Shown piece by piece: positions 50,502 to 60,293 of a stretch of DNA of 64,000 nt (positions are counted from its first letter, which is position 1; each line of letters starts with the position of its first letter). The notes beneath the pieces were generated by a model. The model worked only from the letters and a program-made list of their open reading frames with translations. It ran no database searches and was not told where the DNA came from. The stretch is from assembly GCA_050250895.1 (NCBI GenBank), contig JBFWNU010000002.1, positions 160,001-224,000 on the forward strand, read 5' to 3'. The position numbers and the translations under genes are program-made. The DNA is from Vulcanimicrobiota bacterium. Its GTDB lineage: Bacteria > Vulcanimicrobiota > Xenobia > Xenobiales > JADMJV01.

Positions 50502-51515
50502 GTGAGGATTCTGCCCGGACTAAATACCATTGCACGGCAAGCCGAGTCGCTCAAGGGGCGACTCGAGGATGCCATCGACGCCCTGCGGCCCCCAGACCTG
50601 CCCGCTTACAAAGAAGAGCGCGGTCCCTATCAGGTCAAGACGACCAAGCAGGGCTTTGTCGACGAAACTCGCGACCGTAAGATTCCCCTCAAAGTCTATT
50701 CGCCCGAGGGCGGCGACCCCAACGAGGAACACCCCGTGGTGGTCTTCTCGCACGGATTGGCCGGCAACTCGCTGACCTATGACTACATCGGCAAGCATCT
50801 GGCCAGCCACGGCTATCTGGTGTTGCAGCCCACCCATGTGGGCTCGGACACTTACTCGGTGCTGCGCCACGGCCCTCTGTCTACCTTCCAACAACGCGAG
50901 CTGGTCGATCGGGGCAAAGATGTCAGCTTCTGTCTCGACCGCCTCGAAGAAGGCAAGATCGAGACCGACGCCAAGCCTGACCTGGAACACGTCGGGTTGG
51001 CCGGGCACTCGTTTGGAGCCCTTACGGCCCAGGCCATGGCTGGTCTGCCGGTGCAGGCCCACGATGGCCACCACTTCAATCTTGGCGACGAGCGCATCGA
51101 TGCGTTTGTGGCCATGTCGCCCTACGGCGACTCGGCCCCCAGCCGCTTGCTCGGGCTCGATGTCAACGGCTACGACCACATCGACCAGCCGATTCTGTAC
51201 ATGAGTGGCAGTCGTGACACGCTCTTTACCATGGGTCGAGGGGCCAAGACCCATCTGACGCCTTACTACCGCACCCCGGGCCCAGACAAATACCACGTGC
51301 TGGTGGGAGGAGCCCGCCATGAAGAGTTCGCCCAGGTCCTGGGTCAACTCGACCGCAACCTGGCCACCATGGTCAACAGCAGCACCACCGCCTTCTTCGA
51401 TGCCTATCTACGGGAGGACCCGGCGGCTAGCCGCTATTTGCACGACGACCTGGGCGAGGTTGCTCTGGCCCATCGCTCGACGGCTATGGTGGGAGGCTGC
51501 AACCAGGACGCGTAG
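50502..51515 (+). CDS. Alpha/beta hydrolase (chlorophyllase/dienelactone hydrolase-like)
   Basis: PVVVFSHG, LASHGY, GHSFG, GSRD, H. Confidence 0.85.
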   Translation: MRILPGLNTIARQAESLKGRLEDAIDALRPPDLPAYKEERGPYQVKTTKQGFVDETRDRKIPLKVYSPEGGDPNEEHPVVVFSHGLAGNSLTYDYIGKHLASHGYLVLQPTHVGSDTYSVLRHGPLSTFQQRELVDRGKDVSFCLDRLEEGKIETDAKPDLEHVGLAGHSFGALTAQAMAGLPVQAHDGHHFNLGDERIDAFVAMSPYGDSAPSRLLGLDVNGYDHIDQPILYMSGSRDTLFTMGRGAKTHLTPYYRTPGPDKYHVLVGGARHEEFAQVLGQLDRNLATMVNSSTTAFFDAYLREDPAASRYLHDDLGEVALAHRSTAMVGGCNQDA

Positions 51516-51526
51516 AATCCCCCCAA

Positions 51527-52477
51527 ATGCACGTTCTGGTGGTGGGCGACAAAGAGGCAGAGCGAGCTGTCTTGCGTGAGGCTGTGCTTCGACTCGGCCA
51601 TGAGCTGAGCGTAGCCGCCGATGGCGACCAGGGCTGGCAAGCCTATCTCGAGCACGCTCCCCAGATCATCCTCAGCGATTTCATCATGCCCGGCAAGAAC
51701 GGTCTCGAGCTTTGCCGGGCCGTGCGCGAACAGCCCTTTGAGCACTACACCTATTTCGTGTTGCTTTCGACTCTTTCCGAGCGCGGGCACGTTCTTGACG
51801 GGCTGCGCTCAGGGGCTGACGACTATCTGCCCAAACCGGTCGATGTCGAAGAACTCGAGCTGCGCCTGCTGGCCGCGCGCCGGGTGACCGAGCTTCACGC
51901 GCGATTGGCCCAGCAACGCAACGAACTCGAGGCGTTGAGCCAGAAGCTGCTGGATGAGTCGCGCAAAGACACCCTCACTCAGGTAGGCAACCGTCTCAAG
52001 TTCAACGACGACTCGCGCGGCCTGCTCGACGCCTATAGCCGCTACGGTCACGCCTACACGCTGGCCATCTGTGACATCGACTACTTCAAGCAGTACAACG
52101 ACACCTATGGTCATCTGAAAGGAGACGAGATTCTTTGTCTGGTGGCCAGCCATCTCGAAAGTGCCACCCGGGCCAGCGACCACGTCTATCGCTTCGGGGG
52201 CGAAGAGTTCTTAATCGTCTTTGCCGAGCAGGGTCCCGAGGTGGCCCAGGTCGCCGCCGAGCGCCTGCGTCGCGAGATTGAGGGCCTCGATGTGCCCCAC
52301 GCCGGCAACCCCCAGACCGGCAAGTTGACCATCACCTTTGGCCTGGCTCCGCTCTGCGGGGCCGATCAGAAAGATCTCGAGCGAACGTTACAGGTGGCCG
52401 ACGAAGCCCTCTATGCGGGCAAAAGCGCCGGCCGCAACCAGGTCGTCGTCCACCGGCAGGTCGTGCCGGTCGATTAG
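51527..52477 (+). CDS. Response-regulator diguanylate cyclase (REC-GGDEF)
   Basis: ILSDFIMP, GADDYLPKP, DTLT, DIDYFK-YND-YGH, RASD I-site, RFGGEEF. Confidence 0.93.
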   Translation: MHVLVVGDKEAERAVLREAVLRLGHELSVAADGDQGWQAYLEHAPQIILSDFIMPGKNGLELCRAVREQPFEHYTYFVLLSTLSERGHVLDGLRSGADDYLPKPVDVEELELRLLAARRVTELHARLAQQRNELEALSQKLLDESRKDTLTQVGNRLKFNDDSRGLLDAYSRYGHAYTLAICDIDYFKQYNDTYGHLKGDEILCLVASHLESATRASDHVYRFGGEEFLIVFAEQGPEVAQVAAERLRREIEGLDVPHAGNPQTGKLTITFGLAPLCGADQKDLERTLQVADEALYAGKSAGRNQVVVHRQVVPVD

Positions 52478-54675
52478 GCCTGGCCCCGTCCGAGCAGGGC
52501 GGCCAATTCCTTATACTGCATCCACCATTGGTTGCGGGGGCGATGATGGTCGCGCTCGATGAGGCGGGGGAAATCCTCCATCTCCAAAAAGCCCTCGCGG
52601 CCCAGGAAGAAGGCGCCCGTCCCGCCGCTACTCAGCTCGTGGTGTAGCTGCTCGACGCAGTGGACGGCAAAGCGCACGGCCAGCAGCCGATCGAAAGGGG
52701 TCGGGTCGCCCCCCTGTTGCAGATGCCCTAAGATGGCCTGACGCACGTCGAACAGGTCGCCTCCCTCTTCTTCGAAGAGCGCGCAGATAAAATCTGTGTC
52801 GTAAAGGGGATGAGCCTTTTCGTTGCGGATCACCAGCCCCAGCCGGCGGCCCAGGCGAAAGCCGTCGGAGAGGCGCGAGAGGTCCCCCAGCAGATCCGAG
52901 ATAGAAATGCTGGTTTCGTTGAGATAGACCTGTTCGGCCCCCGTGGCCAGGCCGCTGGTCAGGGCCAGGTAGCCACAGTCGTGGCCCATCACGTCGACCA
53001 CAAAGCAGCGATTGGTGGCTACCGCCGATTGCTTGATGCGGTCCACCGCCCATACGATCGAGTTCAGCGCCGTGTCGGCCCCGACACTGAGTTCGCAGCC
53101 TGGCAGGTTGTTGTCGATGGTGGCCGGCATGCATACCATGGGAATGTTGAACGCCGGAAACTGGCTGCGCTCGCTATAGATTCGAAAGACGCTCTCGTAG
53201 CCGGCCCATCCCCCGATCATCAGAATGGCGTCGATGCTGTGGTTCTCGATACTACGGGCCAGGTGGTAGAACTCGCCGGGCAAGACCGTGACCGGATGGG
53301 TTCCCAACTCGGCCCCGCCCAGGTGAGACCAGCCGGTGACGCTCATCCAATCCAGTTCTTTCAGATGGCCATCGCCCAGGCCGCGAAATCCCTGAGTGAC
53401 GCCCAGTGGAGTGTGGCCTCGATCGAGCAGCAGGCGCACGCTCGCCCGCACCGCCATGTTCATGCCGGGAGCCGGACCGCCGCAATGCAAGATGGCCACC
53501 CGCTTCGAGCCCCGCTCCTGGCGCGGACGGGCCTGCACCAGTGTGCTCCAGGTGCGGTGCAAGCGCGCAAACGACCCACCGCGCAGCTTCATGGCTCGCT
53601 GGTAGTCGCCTTGCTCGACGGCCAGGGCTACCTCCTGGCAACGCTCGACGCACTCAGGCAGGGGCAGTTTCTTGGGGCGATTGGCCACCAGGCCGACGAA
53701 CCAGGCGCCCCCCCTGGATTCTTCCGCCAGCGCCTCGCGGGCAGCCGCCTGGCCCAGAAAGGTCCCGAGGTTGCGGTCAAACGCACTGGGAGCCCCACCG
53801 CGCTGGACGTGCCCCAGAATCGTGACCCGGGCATCTTCGCCCAATTCCTCGACCATGGCCTGGCGCACGTCTTCGGCGGTGATGCGGTTGCCCTGGCGGT
53901 CGCAGGCGCCCTCGCTGAGAATGACGATGCTGGCTCGGCGGCCGACTTCCCGACCGGCCTGCAGGCGTTGGGCCATCTCCCTTTTCCAGGTGGCACCGTC
54001 AGGAGCGTCCTCGGGGATCAAGATCCACTCCGCCCCGCAGGCGAGCCCCGAGGTCAGGGCCAGATAGCCGCAGTTGCGGCCCATCACCTCGATGACAAAG
54101 GCGCGCCGGTGGCTCGAGGCGGTGCTATAGACCGCGTCCACGGCCGCCACGATGCGATGGAGGGCGGTGTCCGTGCCGATGGTCACATCGGTGCCAGCGA
54201 AGTCGTTGTCGATGGACCCGGGCAGTCCGACGACGGTGAGATTGGGCAAAGCTTCGGCCTCTTCGTTTGTGACCGTGCCCGATTCTATCAGGCGGGCTTT
54301 GAGCTGACCCCATTCCTTGCGCAGTACGTTGGCCCCCGTCAGGCTGCCGTCGCCGCCCACTACGATGAGGCGGTCGATGCCCCGCTCGACCAGGTTGCGA
54401 GCCGCCTTGAGGCGGCCCTCGGGCGTGCGAAAGTCGGCGCAGCGGGCGCTGCCCAGATGGGTTCCCCCCAACTGCAAGATGCCCGACACCGAACCCCAGT
54501 CGAGAGGCTCGATGGATCGACCACCATCCACCAGACCCTGAAAGCCTTCATGCACCCCGTAGACCCGGGCTCCGTCGAACAGGGCAGTGCGCACCGCCGC
54601 TCTGACCGCAGCGTTCATCCCCGGGGCATCACCACCACTGGTGAGGATGGCTAATTTCACGTTAGCATTGCTCAT
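52474..54675 (-). CDS. pfkA: 6-phosphofructokinase, tandem-duplicated eukaryotic type
   Basis: TSGGDAPGMNAA, GGDGS, GSIDND, EVMGRNCG; second half CGGPAPGMN, PATIDNN, VMGHDCG, LGHLQQGG. Confidence 0.92.
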   Translation of the reverse strand: MSNANVKLAILTSGGDAPGMNAAVRAAVRTALFDGARVYGVHEGFQGLVDGGRSIEPLDWGSVSGILQLGGTHLGSARCADFRTPEGRLKAARNLVERGIDRLIVVGGDGSLTGANVLRKEWGQLKARLIESGTVTNEEAEALPNLTVVGLPGSIDNDFAGTDVTIGTDTALHRIVAAVDAVYSTASSHRRAFVIEVMGRNCGYLALTSGLACGAEWILIPEDAPDGATWKREMAQRLQAGREVGRRASIVILSEGACDRQGNRITAEDVRQAMVEELGEDARVTILGHVQRGGAPSAFDRNLGTFLGQAAAREALAEESRGGAWFVGLVANRPKKLPLPECVERCQEVALAVEQGDYQRAMKLRGGSFARLHRTWSTLVQARPRQERGSKRVAILHCGGPAPGMNMAVRASVRLLLDRGHTPLGVTQGFRGLGDGHLKELDWMSVTGWSHLGGAELGTHPVTVLPGEFYHLARSIENHSIDAILMIGGWAGYESVFRIYSERSQFPAFNIPMVCMPATIDNNLPGCELSVGADTALNSIVWAVDRIKQSAVATNRCFVVDVMGHDCGYLALTSGLATGAEQVYLNETSISISDLLGDLSRLSDGFRLGRRLGLVIRNEKAHPLYDTDFICALFEEEGGDLFDVRQAILGHLQQGGDPTPFDRLLAVRFAVHCVEQLHHELSSGGTGAFFLGREGFLEMEDFPRLIERDHHRPRNQWWMQYKELAALLGRGQA

Positions 54676-54715
54676 GGGCGGGGCCATTTCGCTCCCGCCC
54701 CCCCGCCTGCCTCTA

Positions 54716-55843
54716 CTACAGGCTCTTGATCACGTTCATCATGGGGGTCATGGTGGAAATCACCAGCACCCCCACCACTCCGCCCATAAACAGCATCACC
54801 ATCGGTTCGAGCAACGAAGTGAAAATCTCCAGGGTATTCTCGAGTTCGAACTCGTAAATGTCGGCCATGCGGGTCAGCATGTCGGCTAGCGCCCCGGATT
54901 CTTCGCCCGCTTTGACCATGTGCAGGACCATCGGCGGAAAGAACCCGCAGGCGGCCAGCGATTCTTCCAGATGAGAGCCGTCTCGCAGAGCCCCAACCGA
55001 GGTCTCGATCAGCTCCTCCAAGACGGCGTTGTCAGAGGCTTTGGCGGCCAGGCTCAGAGCCACCAGAGGAGCGATGCCGACCCCGAGTTGCACGGCCAGC
55101 GCTCGCGAAAAGCGCGCCACCGCCACCGTTCTCAAGGTCTCTCCCAGCAGGGGCAGCTTGAGTAGCAGATGATGGACATGATAGCGCACCTCTTCGCGCT
55201 GCCACAGTTTGGGCAGCCCGATCGAGAGACCCACCAGGGCCAGCACACCGAAGAGATAGAACCAGCCGCTGCGCAGCACCGAGCAGACCACCATCACGCA
55301 GCGAGTCAGCAGAGGCAGTTCCTGGCCCAGACCGCTCACCATCTGGAAGATGCCTTCCATGAGATAGGGTGGGATGAGGATGAGCATGAGAAAAGCCACT
55401 GCGAAGGTGAAGGCTGGATAGGTGATGGCGCTCTTGACCTTCATGACCATGGCCCGATGGCGTTCCTCGTAGAGGCTCAGCTGCAGCAGGGTATCATCCA
55501 TCGTGCCCGCCGATTCGGCGATGTGGATCAGACGGAGCTGCAGACCGGTGAAGGCTCCCTCGCATTGGCTCATGGCGTTAGAGAGATAATGCCCACTGCG
55601 AACCTTGGTGGCCACGAAATCGCAAACCTGGGCCATCTGAGGATCTTCAATCTGTTCGGACAACAACATCAAGGACCGCTCGACAGGAACACCGGACCGA
55701 AACATCACGGCCAACGAGCGGAAAAATACGACGCGAGCCTCGGACGATGGCCGAAATCGGCGGCCGGGTGCGACGCCCTGTGTGTTGCTTACTTTCTGCA
55801 GTCGTCCTCCATAGGTGCGGACGGACGGGGTTCCGGCGGACAT
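54716..55843 (-). CDS. pilC: Type II secretion F / PilC family protein
   Basis: FFRSLAVMFRSGVP, AESAG, AITYP, AGEESG-L, LLEP. Confidence 0.88.
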   Translation of the reverse strand: MSAGTPSVRTYGGRLQKVSNTQGVAPGRRFRPSSEARVVFFRSLAVMFRSGVPVERSLMLLSEQIEDPQMAQVCDFVATKVRSGHYLSNAMSQCEGAFTGLQLRLIHIAESAGTMDDTLLQLSLYEERHRAMVMKVKSAITYPAFTFAVAFLMLILIPPYLMEGIFQMVSGLGQELPLLTRCVMVVCSVLRSGWFYLFGVLALVGLSIGLPKLWQREEVRYHVHHLLLKLPLLGETLRTVAVARFSRALAVQLGVGIAPLVALSLAAKASDNAVLEELIETSVGALRDGSHLEESLAACGFFPPMVLHMVKAGEESGALADMLTRMADIYEFELENTLEIFTSLLEPMVMLFMGGVVGVLVISTMTPMMNVIKSL

Positions 55844-55965
55844 AGCACTCCCATCCCACCAGCTCGGTCCGTCGGAACTGAATTTCTCTCAGTTTCTCGA
55901 GGAACCTGCGTGGCGGGGCCACGTCCCAGAACTAAAGTATAGCATACCCCCACGCAGCCGACCAA

Positions 55966-56391
55966 TTAGCCAAAGACTTCGGGGTGCTTCACCAGTTGGG
56001 TCAGGGACATGCCGGTGGCGGCGCGCAGAATCTCTAGCGGCAGGGTGCCCGGGATGCCGGGGGCAAACTCGGCTCCATAGGTCTTGCGCAGGGTGTCGAT
56101 GCTGGTGTCGCCGCGTTTGGCCCGGATGCGACCGTCTTGATTGCGGTGGCGTCCGTTGAGGCCAGGCTTGTGGGTAACCTCGGGCTCGGCCTTGACCATC
56201 TGCGAGAGCGACATGCCGCGCAGGTGGCGCAAAGTCTCTAGATGAGTGTCGCTGCGGCGGTCGGAAATCTCGCCATAGCGGTCCTCGAGCGTGGCCAGAT
56301 GGGTGTCGCCGCGTTTCTGGCGAAGACGGCCATCGGAATGGTTGCGGGCACGTTCGCCGCGCATGCTCGGATCATTGGATAGGATACGCAT
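55966..56391 (-). CDS. Small basic tandem-repeat hypothetical protein
   Basis: Two copies of R-R--DGR-R-KRGDT---TL---YG ... MSL(S/T)Q-VK. Confidence 0.7.
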   Translation of the reverse strand: MRILSNDPSMRGERARNHSDGRLRQKRGDTHLATLEDRYGEISDRRSDTHLETLRHLRGMSLSQMVKAEPEVTHKPGLNGRHRNQDGRIRAKRGDTSIDTLRKTYGAEFAPGIPGTLPLEILRAATGMSLTQLVKHPEVFG

Positions 56392-56461
56392 CGTTGCTGT
56401 AGACTCCTGAGTTTTGTGTGTGTCCGCGGTTAACATGCCATTCGCTATCGAAAGAATACTG

Positions 56462-56489
56462 AAAAAAAAGAGACCGCCGAAGCGGTCTC
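56462..56489 (-). terminator. Rho-independent terminator
   Basis: On the minus strand: gagaccgc-ttcg-gcggtctc followed by T8. Confidence 0.88.
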
Positions 56490-56910
56490 AGACCATGGAA
56501 TTGAAGAACAGGTAGATCATGCCGATGACCACGAGCGCGTAGAGCGTCGCGACCAGGATGTCGGTCGGACTCCATTTGGGAGCCCCGGGCCTCACCGGAA
56601 ACTCGCCAGGACTGTTCTTTACCGCACCGGCGCAGGGGTGACCGAACACCACCATCGCCAGCCCTACCGGCAACAACAAAGCCAGAGCGGGAATCTTGAA
56701 CATCATCGGTCCGGCCAGCCCCCAGAAGATCAGGCAGTAGCCCAGAATCAAGCACTGGCGAATCGCCTTCTGGAGGTTCTCTACGGCCCAGGCGTTGCCC
56801 CGGGCTACGCCAGAGCCGATCAGGAACAGGCCGAACTCAGGTCCAAAAGAGGCACCGATTTTGGCGCCGCTGTGCCAGACGATCAGCACTGTGGTGGGCA
56901 GAGCCACCAT
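56488..56910 (-). CDS. Hypothetical membrane protein
   Basis: Several hydrophobic segments; flanked by a promoter and a terminator. Confidence 0.6.
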   Translation of the reverse strand: MVALPTTVLIVWHSGAKIGASFGPEFGLFLIGSGVARGNAWAVENLQKAIRQCLILGYCLIFWGLAGPMMFKIPALALLLPVGLAMVVFGHPCAGAVKNSPGEFPVRPGAPKWSPTDILVATLYALVVIGMIYLFFNSMV

Positions 56911-57003
56911 GAAAAATAGGCCGACTGTTCTTAGATAGAGTGAACAACGCTGAGTCCAAAACGTTCTCCCATTGGCGGGTCCTCGCTTTCTGCAATACCT
57001 GAA

Positions 57004-57032
57004 ATTATACTATAGTGCATGTTTTTGCGCAA
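57004..57032 (-). promoter_or_regulatory. Sigma70-type promoter
   Basis: Minus strand TTGCGC-N17-TATAAT in an AT-rich patch. Confidence 0.75.
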
Positions 57033-57088
57033 TATCATTTCTCGCAGACATGGGGCTTGGCCTTGCCTGACCGAGTTCGTCAAGCCGA

Positions 57089-58318
57089 CTAGCCAAGGCG
57101 AGCCCGAGCCGCGCGGGCGTGGCCCCGCAGGCCCTCGAGTTCGGCGAAGCTGGCGGTGTCGGCGGCCAGCAGGGTAGGGGAGTCGATGGTCTGCATCCAG
57201 CCCTGGGGCCGAAGGAACGTGAGGGGAGACAGTCCGCCGGAGAAGCGGGCCGTGCCCCCGGTCGGCAAAGTGTGGTTGGGTCCGGCCAGGTAGTCGCCGA
57301 AAGGCACGGTGGCCTGGTAGCCGAGAAACAGCCCGCCATAGTGCCGCAGCTGCGTCCGGAATTCTGACGGGTCGGCCACCGCCAACTGAAGATGCTCGGG
57401 CGCGATGCGGTTGACGACCTCCAGACAGGTCGAACGCTGCTCGAAGACCAGCAGCGCGCTCAGGGCCAGCGAGCTCGCCAGAAAGGGAGGGTAGTCGCCC
57501 GAGCCCAGGGCCGCGTCGATGGCAGCTTTGACTTTGATGGCCAGAGCCTCGTCCCAGGTCACCAGGGCCACTCGCGAGTTGGGGTCGTGCTCGGCCTGGG
57601 CTAAAAGATCGAGGGCCACCCACTCAGGATTGGCTCCCTCGTCGGCCAGAATGACCACCTCGCTGGGCCCGGCCAGCATATCGATGCCGATCACCCCCTG
57701 CAGTTGGCGCTTGGCCTCCGTCACATAGGCGTTGCCGGGCCCGACCACCATGTCGACCCGCTCGATGGTCTCGGTGCCAAAGGCCACCGCCGCCACCGCC
57801 TGAGCCCCGCCCATCAGATAGACGCGTTCGGCACCCACCAGATGGGCCGCATAGAGCACCGCCGGGTGGGGCGAGGGACAGACGAGGGCGATGTGAGGCA
57901 CCCCGGCGGCCCGGGCCGCCAGGCCCGTCATCAGGGCTGTCGAGGGCAGGGGATGGCGCCCGCCCGGCACATAGCACGCCACCCGCTCTACCGGGCGAAA
58001 GTCCATGCCGGCGATCACCTCGTGATCCTCGACCCGCACCGAACCGAGAGCTGCCATGACCGCCTGGTTGTAGGTCCGCAGCCGTCCGGCGGCGCGTTCG
58101 AGCAGGGCCCGAACATCGGTCTCGAGTTCGACCTCGGTGGACACGACCCGGGGGGCTGGATCGCCCAGGGCAGAAGCGATCGAAGCGACAGCCTGGTCGC
58201 CGCCGGTGCGCACCCGCTCGAGGATGGCGCTCACTTGCTCGCTCACCGTCGAGTCGTCGCGCAGGTGAAGGCGTCCTACCCACTCGTGGGCGGCCGCCTC
58301 GGTCAGAATCGGGATCAC
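57089..58318 (-). CDS. hisD: Histidinol dehydrogenase
   Basis: YVPGG, GGAQAVAA, GPGNAYV, IDMLAGPSE, QAEHD, APEHL, GDY-AGPNHTLPT. Confidence 0.96.
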   Translation of the reverse strand: MIPILTEAAAHEWVGRLHLRDDSTVSEQVSAILERVRTGGDQAVASIASALGDPAPRVVSTEVELETDVRALLERAAGRLRTYNQAVMAALGSVRVEDHEVIAGMDFRPVERVACYVPGGRHPLPSTALMTGLAARAAGVPHIALVCPSPHPAVLYAAHLVGAERVYLMGGAQAVAAVAFGTETIERVDMVVGPGNAYVTEAKRQLQGVIGIDMLAGPSEVVILADEGANPEWVALDLLAQAEHDPNSRVALVTWDEALAIKVKAAIDAALGSGDYPPFLASSLALSALLVFEQRSTCLEVVNRIAPEHLQLAVADPSEFRTQLRHYGGLFLGYQATVPFGDYLAGPNHTLPTGGTARFSGGLSPLTFLRPQGWMQTIDSPTLLAADTASFAELEGLRGHARAARARLG

Positions 58319-59535
58319 TTGTGACGACCTCCTAACTCGGCCTCGATCTCGCCCCACTCGATGCCCTCGTCCACAGCCAGAGCGCTCAAGAAAAAGATGG
58401 CGTCGGCCAGTTCCCAGACCAGTTCGCGGCGATCGGCATAGGTGATCACTTCGAAAGCCTCTTCCATGATTTTGCGCTGGAGCAGACGGCGATCGGCGAA
58501 CAGGCTGGCGGAGTACGAACCTTCGGGGCTGGTCTTCTTGCGCTCTTTGAGAATCTCGAAGAGCCGCGGCAGCGAGAAGCTAGACGAGCCGAAGCAGCTG
58601 TAAGAACCGGTATGACAGGCCGGGCCGGTCTGCTCGACGGTGAACAACAAAGTGTCGCGATCGCAGTCGGTCCGGCAGCTGATCAGGCGCTGGGTGTAGC
58701 CCGAAGTGAGGCCCTTCTCCCACAGTTCGTTGCGCGAGCGGCTGAAGTAGATGCCTTTACCTTCGTTCAGGGCCCGCTGCAGCGACTCTGGGGTAGAGTA
58801 GGCCAGCATCAAGACTTGCTTTCCGTCGCTGACCACGGTGGGCATCTGGGGGCACTTCTCCCAGTCCAGGCAGTCGCTCACTACCGCCGCCGGCACCAGG
58901 GCCCCGGTGTAAAGCGCCATGCCCACCTGCACGTCGTGGCCCAGGCGCGACACGCCCACCACATCTTCGGCCGAACGCACTCCGCCGGCGAAGGTGACCG
59001 GGCGGGGCAGTTCGCGGCCCAGCCGCTCGACTTCGGCCAGGTTGATGCCCTGCATGCCTCCCTCGTCTTCCACGAAGGTACACAGGAAGGCTCCGCAATG
59101 GGGAGCCAGCCGGTTGGCCCGGGTTAGCAGGTCTTCGCCGGTGGAGGCGGTCCAACCGTGGTCGACCACCTGGCCCCCCACGTGGTCGATGGCCACCGAT
59201 ACCCGCTCGGCCGGCAGCTTGGCCAGAAACTCGGGGGTGGCGGCCGTGCCGATGATCAACTGGCGGGCCCCGGCTCGCAGCAGGCGCTTGGCCCGGTCAA
59301 GATCACGAATGCCGCCACCGACGCGAACGTCGGCCACCCGGCAAAGTTCGCACAACAACTCGAGATTGTCGCCCTGGCCAAGAGCCGCATCGAGATCGAT
59401 GACGGCCACTTCGCCATAGCGGTTGAACTCGCGGGCCAGCTCCAACGGTGGAGTAGGGCTGGTCAGCACGTGTTCCTTGCCCTGGCGCAGCTGCACGGCT
59501 GCCCCGTTCATGATGTCGATACTGCAAACTAACAT
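58315..59535 (-). CDS. hisIE: HisA-like TIM barrel fused to HisI and HisE
   Basis: [25 protein letters not shown] (HisA); SRSR-ELW-KG-TSG, DCDRD, ACH (HisI); SYS, KIMEEA-E, ELAD (HisE). Confidence 0.88.
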   Translation of the reverse strand: MLVCSIDIMNGAAVQLRQGKEHVLTSPTPPLELAREFNRYGEVAVIDLDAALGQGDNLELLCELCRVADVRVGGGIRDLDRAKRLLRAGARQLIIGTAATPEFLAKLPAERVSVAIDHVGGQVVDHGWTASTGEDLLTRANRLAPHCGAFLCTFVEDEGGMQGINLAEVERLGRELPRPVTFAGGVRSAEDVVGVSRLGHDVQVGMALYTGALVPAAVVSDCLDWEKCPQMPTVVSDGKQVLMLAYSTPESLQRALNEGKGIYFSRSRNELWEKGLTSGYTQRLISCRTDCDRDTLLFTVEQTGPACHTGSYSCFGSSSFSLPRLFEILKERKKTSPEGSYSASLFADRRLLQRKIMEEAFEVITYADRRELVWELADAIFFLSALAVDEGIEWGEIEAELGGRHK

Positions 59536-60293
59536 GGATACCTCAAGGCGATCTGGGGGTCTTGTTCGAGAATGGCTTGCTTGAGGGCGGCCACCGTCCA
59601 CTCTCCGTCGTGAAAAATGCTGGCCGCCAGGGCCGCGTCGGCCCGGCCCTCACCGAAAGCCTCCACGAAACACTCCACCCCGCCGGCTCCTCCCGAGGCG
59701 ATGACGGGGATGGAAAGCTGAGAGAAAGCCCGGGTCAGAGCCAGGTCGAAACCGCTGCGGGTTCCGTCTTGATCCCACGAGGTCAAGAGCACCTCGCCGG
59801 CCCCCAGACTGGCCGCCCGGGCTCCCCACTCCAGGGCGTCGATTTCGGTGGTCTTGCGTCCGCCGTGGGTGACCACTCGCCAACTGTCGCCCTGGCGGCG
59901 GGCGTCGATGGCCACCACGCAACACTGCGAACCGCACTCCTGGGCGATCTCTGCCACCAGTTCGGGCCGCTCGACGGCAGCCGTGTTGACGGTCACCTTG
60001 TCGGCCCCCCGGCGCAACAGCCGCTTGACCTGCTCGAGGCTCGCCACGCCGCCCCCCACCGAGAACGGGATCATCAGCTCGTGAGCTACCTTCTCGACCA
60101 CCTCGAGCATGGTGGTGCGGCCTTCGTGGGTGGCCGAGATGTCGAGAAACATCAGCTCGTCGGCCCCCTGCTCTTGATAGACCCGACCCAGTTCGACCGG
60201 GTCGCCGATGTCGCGCAGATTCTGGAACTTGATCCCCTTGACGGTGCGGCCGTCGGCCACGTCAAGGCAAGGAATGATGCGTCGGCACAACAT
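59529..60293 (-). CDS. hisF: Imidazole glycerol phosphate synthase cyclase subunit
   Basis: [38 protein letters not shown]. Confidence 0.97.
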   Translation of the reverse strand: MLCRRIIPCLDVADGRTVKGIKFQNLRDIGDPVELGRVYQEQGADELMFLDISATHEGRTTMLEVVEKVAHELMIPFSVGGGVASLEQVKRLLRRGADKVTVNTAAVERPELVAEIAQECGSQCCVVAIDARRQGDSWRVVTHGGRKTTEIDALEWGARAASLGAGEVLLTSWDQDGTRSGFDLALTRAFSQLSIPVIASGGAGGVECFVEAFGEGRADAALAASIFHDGEWTVAALKQAILEQDPQIALRYPC

